Source: Tubiluchus corallicola (Eukaryota; Animalia; Priapulida). From it: 64,000 bases of DNA. How positions within the stretch are numbered: position 1 is the stretch's first letter; each line of letters starts with the position of its first letter. The notes below the pieces were generated by a model that saw only the letters and a program-made list of their open reading frames with translations, made no database searches and was not told where the DNA came from. The stretch spans positions 2,914,001-2,978,000 of the forward strand of contig JAQGDQ010000001.1 in the NCBI GenBank assembly GCA_030141605.1, in the 5' to 3' direction. Shown here one piece after another: positions 26,771-40,400 of this stretch. The position numbers and the translations under genes are program-made.

Positions 26771-28415
26771 TCATCCATTGAACACACATCCACAATATGC
26801 TGGACTTTCAAAGTTTGACAGTATTTTATATTTTAGTTGCATTTTTCAGAAATTTATTTTTGGTTTTTGACCAAGCGTGTGTACACATAAGCTTCAGTGT
26901 CAATGTATGTAATTAATTAAACACTATTATTCTTAAATTTTTTAATAGAAAACCATTTAATCATTATTTGTCTGTAAAACTCATTGTAAAAGTTTTGCAC
27001 CTATGGCCACAATTAAACAAAAATACAGTAATTTATGAAGCATAACATATTTATTTGCAAAAACTCACCAAATTTATAAAAATTATCAGAATTTTAGGCA
27101 CTACCCCTACTATCACAGTGCAAGCTATATAAGATGAAAACAACATCCAAAGTTGCAAATCACAAACAGAACTGAAAGAGAATTTATTACAAACTTGTGT
27201 GCAAAGTGTATTATAAAGAAAAACTTCAAAAAAGAATTTGAGCAAAATTTTAGCGCACACAAGTCCACAATTACACACAGCTTTTGATACTTTTACATAC
27301 TTACACATATTCACAAAAAGCATTAGGCATAAATACCTAAAATAAAATCTAAACAGAAGAACAAGTTTGAAAAAAGAAGAGTTCACATTATAGTACACAT
27401 TTAAAGAGAGCTATAAATACTACAAAGAATATTTGTATGCCTCTACAAAATTTACAGTGTACTTACACAATAAGTAAATAAGCATTTAACCTAGAAATTA
27501 CACCTTGTCAGGCAGTTTTATACTAGATCATTTACTTATAAGATCTCTGTAAATCACTGGCCTAGCAATATGATAAACTACAATCTGAGCTACTGTCAAC
27601 TTTATGACATTTAAGTAAACACATTAATTTTATTTACATTTACCACTGATTTATTTTTCATAGACTACATTAGTCATCAGTGTAATTCTTTGTAAAGTAC
27701 AGAGTCTTTAAAACTTAGGACTCTAAAACTTAAGAAAATTCACAATTGTTTTGCAATATTTGAAAAAAGCTGCACAAACATTACATAAAAAAAGAACCAA
27801 GGCACTAAACAACTTTATGGCAAGGATAGATGAGCTCAAATGCTTTACTTCCTTCTAATTTATATTTGAGATTATTAATCACCATGTTTGTACTATTATA
27901 TTATCTAATGTTTTGTCTTTTGTATATTGTCTTAGCTCTACTGTAGCCAACACATTAAGTAGCTAAGAAATAGAAAAATAGGTCACCAAAATTTGCTGTT
28001 TCTTGAACTTAGATGCCTATATTAATATCTCAAAAGCTGAGATTAATGCACCAGTTGAGAGAAGTTTACAAATATCCAAATTGTGTATAAAAATGCATTA
28101 AAAACAACACTGTCTGGGAAAAGAGTCTTTTGTAATTGAAAGCTGCTTGAGAAATGCACGAGTAATATGGTATTCACACTCTTCACAATTCTAATGAAAA
28201 AACGGCTTTACTTTGCATATTGCTAGTGACTAACTTGTGAAATAAAATGTGTAATTCACAAGTAGCACAGTGGAACTGCAAGTACTTATATTGCAACAGT
28301 AAACAGGATCAAAAGTTCTTAAAAAAATTTTGAATTCTTACAATATAATTTAATTTCTTATTATCTTACAAAACAAGAACAAATTTCACAAACCCTCATG
28401 CATCAAAGGTTGCCA

Positions 28416-31400
28416 TCAAAGAGCTGTTCTTTCATCAAATACGACAACAGCATCGTTAGTAATTAGACTCTCCGTGTCTTGTGTCGGGAAATCCTCTGGT
28501 GTTGAAGCTTTTATGCGTTTCACAGCGATCGCATCTGCACTGGGCCCCATCATACGACTTGTATGTAACATCTAGATGAGTTTATTATGTAATAGGGTTA
28601 TTATGGCTCAAGTTACATTGCTCATTTTTCCTTGATTTTCTAATGGCAAAGGGTTTGATAAAGTTGAGGTTATAAATGAAAATTTCATGTCATATTAAGC
28701 ACTTCACTGCCTGTTTGACGAGAATATCCCTTCATAGAAATGCTATTCTGACTGACCTATATGACGAAACTGTACTGTCAAGCTTAATATGCAGATTAAC
28801 TGACACACACAAGTTAACTAGGAAATTAACTGAAGCTTGTGCCAATAGCAATGGTTTCTGCACATCCTACACACATTTCGTGAATAAGGCAACTGAAAAT
28901 AAACTGGTGTTGTTCTCTGTTGGGCCAAAAAATTAATATATAGGCCACACTTGCAAAAATGATTGCTGTTATTACTGAATATGCACTGTAGTCTGCTGTA
29001 ATAATAATAAATAATAATAAAATTTGGATTAACAATTAAAATAAGCTCAAGTGTTTTTTCGCCGACTGTAAATAACAAATCTACACCTACATAACAGAGA
29101 CTATTATTCCCCCCCCCCCTTTCACCCTAAATACCACACACCAGACAGGGCAACAGCAGGTACCATTTTTAAAGTTTCTGGAGTGACCCGGCCACTATAT
29201 CGAACCCACGACCACCGCCGCCAGACAGAAAGCGGATGTGCTACCACTAGACTAAGCCATCTGGACTGTGTCATAACTTTTGTTTTTTCTACCCTAAATT
29301 TTGCAAGACGTTTGGCTTATACCACAAAAAACAAAGCTATTTTTTAAATAATAGAATGAAGCCAGGGTTAACGAACCGTGATGGTGAAAAGCACCAGTGG
29401 TGGGAGCACTGGAAATGATGAGAAATGTCAACAGCTATGGGTATGGCAATGATAGTTGTGATAGTGGTGGTCGACAGCACCTGGGGCCGGGGTGGCGGCA
29501 CAGGAAATTGAGAAATGTCAACAGCTATGGGTATGGCAATGATAGTTGTGATAGTGGTGGTCGACAGCACCTGGGGCCGGGGTGGCGGCACAGGAAATTG
29601 AGAAATGTCAACAGCTATGGGTATGGCAATGATAGTTGTGATAGTGGTGGTCGACAGCACCCGGGGCCGGGGTGGCGGCACAGGAAATGATGAAAAATGT
29701 CAACAGCTATGGGTATGGCAATGATAGTTGTGATAGTAAAAAACTAATGGTGATGTAGTTAAGTTGCAGTAATCTGTAGTAGTATCTCTAGCAATAGCAA
29801 CTTAAAATATTCCTTCCTGGAAAAAAAGGAAATATAGCAACTTTCTTTTCTTAAAATATTCCCCTACAAAATTGTATATAGAGAAGAGGTTAATCTAATC
29901 TAAACAGTCTAAATTGACTTTGCACTCACTAGACCATATTTAAAAAAATATGCTAAAATATTCAGTAGTTGCATGTGAACACATTATAAAAACAATTAAA
30001 TTACTCTCTCAAAAAAATAAAGTTACTCATCTTCAAATTCCCCACACTGCAACTGCTAAGAAAGCAAATCAGGTAGCAGCAAATGTAGAGTAAAATTAAT
30101 GGAATGGCTCATCAGTAAATCTGGTTTCAGTTAGTAATATATGTCGCATTTTTTGCCCAATCACAATAACAAACTATACAGCACACACGGTGGATTCAAC
30201 ACTAGAGATCACTTTATCTACAATACAATACAATAGCGCATCATAACTCCTTTTATGGGGTTTCTGTATAGATGGACCACTTTTCATCATGATAAAAATT
30301 TGTTAACTATAAATTAACTTGCGATCACGTTTTTTATTGTGATGAGCATTGCTTGACCTTCAGTGTTGAAACTTAACTGAAATCCTAAACCTCATCACAC
30401 TCTACTATTCATACAGTTCAGAAATGTGAATTGTAAAAACCACTTACAGACAATGGCCGCTCCTTTATTTCTGCTTCTGCATTACCCACTTCACTGTCAG
30501 ACGATTCGATGTATGACCAAGGAATTGTACCTCCTTGTTTCTGAGCATGTCCTGGTTATTATAAAAGCAAAAAACTCAAATGGCACATTAACTTTGCTGA
30601 GAAAGAAGCAAATCGTCTATAGTGCCACGTTAAATCGAAATGTATAAAAATGACCTCATAATCACCTGTCATGCCAATGTGTTTTGGAGCAGAAATATTT
30701 TTGATGCGAGCTCCATGTACTCTTCTCAACATAGGAGGAGATGCGTCAGATACATCATATAGTGGTTCCACCCGATCGACCTAGGCAAACAGTTATAAAA
30801 AGTGTCTTTGTAATAGCATTGAATTTGGATTTCAATAATTTTCATTTAAGAAATAAATTTGTAGAACAAAGACAAAAATGTAACTTTCCAAATTTAGCCA
30901 TAGCTGCTAAAATAAAAAATGTAACAAAGCCAGTTGTCTCTAAATTTTTGACAAAAGATATGTGATGCTGTTTGGCCTTAAAGAAAAGCTTGCAGCTCTC
31001 AAGACTCAGGCATCCAGTTTTAGATGTTAAAAGTAATAATATTACATTAAAAATGGGTAGCTGCCATGAAATACGCTGAGATCCAGTTTGATTATAAAGT
31101 TTTGCAATCTTGTAGACTACATTATTGAGAAAATGAAGCAGAAAATGACATTTTTTGGTAGAATTTCCTATGTCAGACACGTCGAATGGCTCATACTTTA
31201 TTTTGCTGTACTAGTGCTGCCCAGTCAGCTCTATCATTTTCATTTTCAGGTTCAATAGTATGGAATTCCTGCTCACAAATTATAAATCATTAAGACAAAA
31301 CACAAAAAAAAATCTACAGTAATTATTTTGATTGATTTTAAATCGTGAGAGAATTTGTTAATCAGATTTTTATTTTATGTGTTTTTGCCTTTATAATTAT

Positions 31401-34400
31401 TATATTTTATACTTGTATAGAAAGTTTAAATTTGTTGCCACAGGACCTCATTGTAAAGAGGTATGCTGAGCTTAATGAATTCATTCTGTATAAATATTTT
31501 CTAATAGATAAATAACATTAGACCTACTTTTTCTGCTGCATGTGGGATACTCGATTTCTGTTTAGGTGCCGTTTGTGTTCCTACATTTCTTTGGGCGAGA
31601 TCTGGTGAACGAGTTAGCTCTAAGAATCGCTGCAACTGTGACTCTTTAGATAGAGGTGGTGGCAAGGTGTATGCAGAACTAGGTCCAGATAAACTAGAAA
31701 AAATCCAGAAATAATTGCAAATCTTGTCATTTCTTGCAGTACTTAGTGCCTACATACATACAACATTTAAGAAAGGTATTTTACAAAGAAAGCAATGTGG
31801 TGTTTCACTGTGGATATAACTAGTTCAAGCTGAAGCCATATAGCAGTACTCAACTAAACTAAAGTATAATTACATCAGGTTATAATTTTGCACAATAAAG
31901 CTATAACTGCTTATTAGGTTAGCTACACTACAGGGGTAGTTATCTTAGTATTCATAAACACGCATGGCAGTACAACTGTATTCTGCTGCTTACACCAATA
32001 AAATGTACTTAGCTTACTAGGGTGTAGCCACCCTACAACAGATATAACTACTTTACAATGTAAACAATATAGGCTAATAGGTGCAATGCCACTATACCGT
32101 TTGACATCTGTTGTATGACTTTTATCTTTGTCCATAGTATCTATTATACCACTTCCCCAGTTAGTGTGCCCATAGTCATACTTTCGTTGTGGCACAGCTA
32201 GAAAAACAAAATCGATGCGTTGCATACAGAGTTGATGAACAACTTAAACTAAACATTACCATGTCGTACAAAGGTTTATTTTAACGTTGATAACACTTCA
32301 AACTACATGTATTCCACAAATTTATGCATACAGGTGTACTATATATAATAAGAAGTCATTCCTATTCTCGCTCCTCTTCTGAGTGTTTATACTCTAAATG
32401 TGCTGGGAACACACAAATGCTTTATTGCCTGTAACATTACAACTAAGCAAACAGAATATAGCAAATAGTTGCCAGTGACACTTTAATTGCTGTAGTGCAT
32501 ACTTCAGTGATCACACAAGCAATTACTGACAAAAATACATAGTTTACAACCACACTAACAATTAGCTTGACTAAGTTAATTAAACATAAATGTGTAACAA
32601 GTCAATAATTAACATGCTTAGCAAGTTGGGTATATATATAACAGAAATCATAAAAATGAAAAATAAAAAATCTATTTATTCCATAAGGTTGAAATACATG
32701 TGGCAAACTTTTGGGTAAGAATTACAAGAATAAAGACTGATGAAAGTTGCAAAATATTTCGAATGTTGCTGGAAGGCAAATGCCAATGTCATATTAACAT
32801 AAATAGCTTTTACAAATAAAACCAAGGAACATTTCGAAAGTTTTATAACCCAAGCGATATTTTTGCTACCATACTTAAAGGTTAAGAAAACTCTTTACTT
32901 ACAAAGAGCTAAAAAGGTTGTCTTGAAATTTTGTATCGCCTACATACTATCATACCATCAGTAATGCTGTACAAAACTTGAAGATTTAAGCTCCTGCGAT
33001 GATCATCAGACACAGACATTTTGACGAAAGTCATTTGAAACAAGTTTAGATAACATTGAGGAAAGTTTGAAAAAATAATCAGAGCATTCGCAAAACACAC
33101 TTTACTAACAAAGCAAAAGTAAACATTACTGTATCTTATCAATAAAACTGATAATATATTCTTTGGTGCACACTGGGATAGTGAGACAGAGACATTTTTT
33201 CCAGCTGGCATGAACACATAAAATTATCAAGAATTTTCTTTTTCAGTTACATGTCTTTCAAGCTGGTAAACATAATGCTAAATAATATAACTACGTGTGG
33301 AAAGTTTTTTGAGCCATGCTTTAAAATTCTCTTTTCTTCCCATTTAAGTGGTACTTTACAGATATTTTTATATGACACACATCTGCTCTTTGTGATCTTT
33401 CATTCAATCAATTTAAAACTAATTAACTAAGCAGCTTTAATTAATAAATTAGGAAATTGCTACAAGCATTCTACAAACTTTTATTTATACAACCTAAACA
33501 ATTATTCCATTCATTTTCAACTCAATCGGCTAAATACTTTGGATATAAACAATATTAATTAAACAGCTCAAATTAACTAATGAGTTGCTACATTTTTTGT
33601 TTTATAAGAAGGAGATCTTAACTAATCATCCTACCAAATTTCAAGTCAATTGGAAAAATACTTTTGAAAGCAACCAAATAAATACTTTTAGAGTTGAAAA
33701 AAGGGTGAATAGCCAGATTTTCTTCTAAAGACCAGAGCTAATGCTCAAGAATTCCTTACACAAAATGCAGTTATAATAAAAATATGCATAAATTATTGAC
33801 ACCAAGAATTAGAATAGGAATAAGAATAAGAAGACTAGAACAAAGAATTAAAAATGTGGGTTATAAAAACATTTCTCAAATTGGGAAAAGAAAAATTTTT
33901 ACATTAAAAAACACTTTCATTTTTATTTAGCAGTTGGACAAATAAATTAAGACTAAAAACATCTAGTTTGACAATAAACAACACTGGTAAAACAGATCAA
34001 TCAAAATAAAACAAGTAAAGACATCACTAGAAACATATTAAGTGAACAATGCAAGTGTTTTATGATATTAAAGTTGTTACCCCTTTCCGATGGCAAATAT
34101 CGACACTTCCAGCAGCACACCATGATTAATGAAATTAATAAAATCAGTACCGAAAGACCACCACCTGCAGGAATCAGAGAAAAATATAACAATGTACGTT
34201 AACTATAAATGCTGTTTACCTTAAAATACAGAAATCTACAGAAGATCATATAATTTAATGCCCCAGCAGTACAATCTTGTTGTAAAATATGTACCTATTA
34301 AGATAGGGTAGATTCCAACAGGTAATTTTGCAACTGATGTAAGAACAGCTAATGTGCTGTTCTCCCTTGAAATGTATGTCACATCTGTTGTATTATTTAG

Positions 34401-37400
34401 CATGGAACTAACATCCACACTATCAATTTCAGGTTTTACTTCCATGCTTGTTGCAATCATCGCCAATGTTGTAAAAGTAGGCAAGGTTGGTGCTGGTTGC
34501 TTGACTAAAAATAGAAAATGTGTAACAAATAAAATATGTTATCAATCCTCGTATATAGCTGCGCAACAAAAACAAAGGCAAATGTTACTAGTATGCTATC
34601 TCTTACAAACCCAATTACATTATTGGCAATAGCACTGATACAGCTCCAAATCAAAACAAATAGTCACAAATTCAAAAGGTTGCTTGTATTGGCAAAAAGT
34701 GGTTCTAACTGCAAATTTAGATGCTGCTGAAAGAAAAATGCATTTTAATTTTAAAAAATCTCTTACCAACAATTCCACTTTTACTCGTAGGAGAACCAAC
34801 ACCTGCAGAATTCACGGCTGCTACAGTAACTGCATATAGTCTTCCAGGCTCCAAATCGTGCAGCAAGATAGAAGTACTGTCCGTTTTCAAATAATGAACT
34901 TCCCTTTTTGCACGAGAAGCCGGGGGATGAGAAAAGCTGAAACTTGATGGGATTAGTGGCAAATGTACCGCCGAACTTTCAGTTTTTCCAAAGTTCTCTG
35001 CTGTATCTTGTTGATGGTAGGGATGGGTCTTTGTCATATCCGTGACATTTTGTAATAACCAAGATGGATAGGAATACAGCTGTTGAAGAATATATGTTGT
35101 GGACTCGTTGTAACCAGCATATGCTACAACATATCCATTTATTATACCATTTGGTTTCTGAGGTGGTTTCCAAGAAATAAGAATAGCTAAGCTAGATGGT
35201 GAAACCACTAAGACATCTGCCACTGGGCCAGCAAATGTCTCTGGAGTTTTCACTTTTACTGGATCACTAGCTGGACCGAAACCATTTGGAACTTGAGTAG
35301 TAAATGCTGATATTTTCACTTCATATGTTGTCCAAGGTTCAAGTGACCTAAAACAGAAGCAGTAATATTACTACTCAAAAATCATCTATGTTTATGTAAG
35401 ATCAAGATTATGCTATAAGCTCAGAGCATTAGCTGTCTGTATTTTTACTTGTCTACCTGTAATTCAACATCAGCAGATTTCAAAACAAAAATTAAGTGTC
35501 ACATTTATGTGTTACATTTGACTAGGGGAAATAGATGCAGTAATCTTACTATTCAAAAATCAAAAATTATCTATTTTGATATGAAATAAAGGTTATGCTA
35601 TAATCAGAGCATTAGGCTGTCTAGCTGTCTTATACAACACCAGCAAATTTCAGAACAAAAATTAAGTGATGCATTTACATACATTACATTTGACAAGGGG
35701 ACTAAGACAATCAGTATGTATTTGCCTCACTTTAAATGTTATTTCAAGCAGTCTATACTTACGATAGCATGGCTGTGAAATCGAAAGAATTGCCTGCACT
35801 CTGCTTCTGAATATTTGTCTGTAAATACATCTGTCCACCATCTTTGTCGCCCTGCTTGCGAAATTCCACAACATATCCGTGTATCTCGCTGTTTCTCTCT
35901 AATGGATTTATGGGATTCCAAATGACCTAAACATCAATGACAATGCCATAGCACAAACCACTTTTAAGGAGATAATATTAGTAGCCCCTACTCTCAAGTA
36001 CCTAATGATTTGTAAGGGGTAAATACTGCAAAAAATAATGAAATGTTAGATGAACGTGTAACTTTAATGGGAGACGTGTCGTCTGCGTGAAACGTAAACT
36101 GACTGGTTTTACATGAAGGGTACCTTGCAGCACCTGCGAAAATTTTGAGCTTTTGTGTCTACAGTCACTCTAGAGAATTTTGAATAAGCTAGACTAACTG
36201 ATGGTGCAAATGAAACTGTTAAATACATTGTGAATAATTCACTCAATTATACTTTTTGCTTTCACTATTTTAGGTTGCACTGTATCAGCATGGCCGTATT
36301 GGACTGCACTCTGTACAGTAGGAATGACTGATCCCTCCTACGCATATAACAGCCTTAGTTGTTAAACAAATACAGTTGCTCCTTAACATGTAGGAGCACT
36401 GACCCGTTTGGCAATCCATCATAACATACCTTGCCTCCTTCAGGTTCGAGGCAAGTGGTCTACCTAAAGCCTAAAAACCATTTTATCGCCAATTCTGAAT
36501 TCTGTAAAGGCATTTGCTACTAAACGACATGTGAGCTTGAATAACTGCAAAAAGCCCTCAAAGTATTTGGCTCACTTGGACTAGTGTTGTAGCGCTCCAA
36601 ACAATTTTGTGTTGTCATTGCCAAATACATCAGTGATCATTTTATTTTTACAGGTACACACCCTATTCATTTTACACGTATATACCCTCCTCATTTGTTT
36701 ATTTAAAATGGCAAATATGTGTATTAACTGTGGTTACAACAACATAGAGATGTCAAAGTGATCAAAAGTAAAAGCTTTAATAATAAAATTATGATTATTG
36801 CTAAACAAGTGCGTAGCTTGTTATTTTAATGCACGTTACACAATTTTGGTAACAGAAAATAAAAATGCAACAAAGTAAGATTACACTCAATGGCAAATTC
36901 CTGTAAATGACAGGCAACATTCAATAGCTGTAACAATTGTGTATGCATTACAAGTGATACAATAGACAACTATTACGATGAATGTCAGGATACACAGATA
37001 TATGAATGTTTTGTACACTATGTAAACATTTGTTTTGAAATCAAAGCTAAACATTTACACACAGAACAATCCAACTGACTATCATTATGAAATTGAATGA
37101 AGCCAATGGCAGGACTGCACTCACACATTAGCATTAATTCTAGCGTGCGTGAGAGGCACTAGAAGCACAATGGATGCACCATTTAATTGAGTCAAACAGC
37201 CATGAAGCTAAACACAGGTCTTTGTGTAGGTGCTGTTGAAAGGTGTGTTTCGGCAGCTATGGAGAAATGGTGATACTTAATTTCTGACAGGCGCAAAAAT
37301 CATTCTAGATCAGTCATGGAAAATGATCAAAACAAATATAAAATTGTGAAACAACTAGCGAGTGAGTTAGCAATCCACACAACAACACATGGATTGGGCA

Positions 37401-40400
37401 ACATTAAGCGTGCTAAAGGTATCCTGCAAAAAATTATTTGGATAATATTAGTCATTTTGGCATTCACTCTTCTTTTTCTCCAGACTGGCACACAATTAAA
37501 GAAGTACTTAAATAAACCACTTGGAACACATGCGAAGTTTGTGCTAAATAAACAGATTGTATCATTTCCATCGATAACGTTGTGTAACAAGAACAGTATG
37601 AGATTCTCCATCTACAAGGAAATGGTACCCAACTACTATAACTTAACAGATCCGCACACAGCGAATGAGATATTCCCAGAGGAAGCAGCATTCCCGGCCG
37701 AGTTTCCGGCCAGGTTAAACACGTCGGAAAGAATTCGTTTAGGGCATCAACTTTCAGACACGATACTTCACTGTCATACTCCACAAAGAGTCGGCCAGAA
37801 ATCTATTCAGAATCCATGTCAGAAAAAGCATTTAAACGATCTTTTTATAACCACAAATTTGGAAATTCCGAGAGGAAACTGCTTCACATTCAACTCAGCA
37901 TGGCATTTAAACAACACTGCTGAGAACAGGGAACCATTACATGTTAATCACATTGAAGCATTTCATGGGCTTCGATTGCTTCTCAACGCAAGTTTAGCGG
38001 AATACATGCCTCTTCAGCCAGTTCTGCCAGGTTTTGAAGTAATGATCACCCCACCTGGATACAACTATGCATCCGTCACTGGACGTACAATCGAGGCTGG
38101 TACGGTAAACATAGCCATAGTTCATGAAATTGATGTTCACAGACAATATAGGGACAATAACTGTATGCTACCACAGCAGATAAACAAAGATAAAATTATA
38201 GACGTGTACAGCGAAACTTTAGGTATGACATATGGGCAACGAACATGCAGGAACACCTGTTTTCAGAAAGAACTCATAAGAATGTGTAACTGCAGTAGTG
38301 GAAGTATACCTGTCTCTGACAGACTGCTGGCTGAAAGTGGCTGGACAAACAAAGGCTACCCATTGCAATGCGAAGGGTTTAAAGGTAGTCTTCACCACTG
38401 CTACCACAAGGTAAGCTACTACAGGTTAGAAATGCAATGTGATTGTTTGCCTTTGTGCAAAGAAACTACGTATGAGATTGAGTGGATGATGCAAAATGCT
38501 GTAAATCTTAATATTAAAAAAAAGTGGTTTGAATTTGTAAAAACACTGAACATCACTCATGACGAAATGTTACTGGAAAAGTATGAACATCCTTATGATG
38601 CAGAATCGCTTGTGCATGGAGTAAACGAATACACATGGTTAGAGGTCAAATTTGATAACAGTATCATACAGGAAATGGAAGAACACATTATATATACACA
38701 TGTTGATTTAGCTGGCGATATTGGAGGCTTATTGGGTTTGTACTTGGGCATGTCTGTCCTCGCCATCTATGAAATTGTAGAATTTATTACCAATGTTTTA
38801 CTTGCTCTTATTATGCCTCAATCACGCATCCGACGAAAGATACATGCAGTGGCTGAGCATAACAAACTTAACACAGAAAGCATTAATCAAGCAACTGCAT
38901 TTCAAGAGATGGGCAGAGACAAATAAAGAAAGCTTTAACTACTTTAACTAATCCAGATTTCTTGCTTATCTGTCATCTGATGTAGCAGTTTTTGCAGTAT
39001 ATTAATTCCACAAGTATTGCAGCTCCTATCACTGAGAAGGCATAAGATGTATGGCTATTGTTGCTATGTCATCCAGTATTTTATGGGTTTTACATCCTGT
39101 GTGGACTGAATTTGTTAACTGAGTGATTAACAAACAACAAAACTGGAATAGATAGATCACAAGCGGCATTTAGCCCCGCCCATCTTGATGACGTAGCACG
39201 TTCTCACAAACACTCACTCTCTGCAAGTCGCTACAGTACATAAACAAGCATGAAAAACATGGAGAATGGTTGAATTTTAAGTGATTTATTAGCGATTCCG
39301 GAAAATGCATCGTGCTACAAACCAAACTATAAGAGCTTGTCTAGTAACTTCTTACAAAGAGGACTTAATTATTATACACAAGGATAACAATAAAAGCGCT
39401 AGTTATAATAAAAGTTACAACGAAATACTAAAATAACAAATATGAAACGGTGTGTTAACTTTGCTTTACATGTTGTGTTGTAAAGCACAATTTTTACACA
39501 CTTTTACTTACACCAAAAAAAAATTATTTTAGTGTCTTGTACCTAATTCTAACATAAACATGAAAACTGAAAAAATTAAATAAAAACCAAGTAAGTTAGC
39601 CCATCTGAACTGTTTAACTATATTCCCAGCTGAACTATTTAACTATACTACTGTAAGTTCAGACAGTCACACTCAGCCAACGAAATCCTATTTTTGCTGT
39701 ACAGTATCTGAAATATGTTGTGGCAATGCGTTAAGGCCTGATTTAGCACGACACATTCTACAAGTAGCCAGCAGTAATAATAACGCATTAGAAAGCCTCT
39801 CTTTGATCAGATGGCACGATTTTTATTAATTTTTAATCGGTCAAGCTTTTCATTTGTCCTCCCGCATGCTCTAACTCAATGGTGACACTTTCTAAGTCTT
39901 TTTGGGTTGAGGAAATTTATAAGTCGAACTCCTCCTAATCTTTTTGGATACCGAACATCCACATTACATGTACTCCAAGCTCAACGCTTCATCATTCTTC
40001 ACTACTATTAATGAATTTTAGCTGCATAAGGTTTTTATGGCAAAAAAAAGGAAAAATAATCATGAACACACGCTTTACCTGTATATTTCATATAGGCTTT
40101 AAGTGCAAATGTGAGTAAAGCCCCCAAAAATACCAGGCACCAACAATCGAAGAACAGTAAGCGCTAAATAAAAGCGCCTCATTGTTCATTGCGCAGTGGA
40201 TGCCACTGGTTGATTGACGTTCTGCGAACTGTATTTAATCCAGGACTAACCAGCTGTTGTGGCAGCTGAGATCACTGTTAACCTGTTACATTACAGCACT
40301 TCAGCACTGTACAACTGCCATTGAGAAACTTAATCATTGGTATCAAATGACAGTTTTGAGATCAGCTATAAATGTTTGGTCTTTTGCTCGAAAGTTGTCA

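Noticed and set aside
29337-29737. Repeat array as CRISPR or as a neuropeptide-precursor-like ORF (GWRHRK repeats)
   Set aside because: Units are contiguous with no unique spacers and there are no cas genes in this eukaryotic context. The plus-strand ORF has no signal peptide or supported exon structure.
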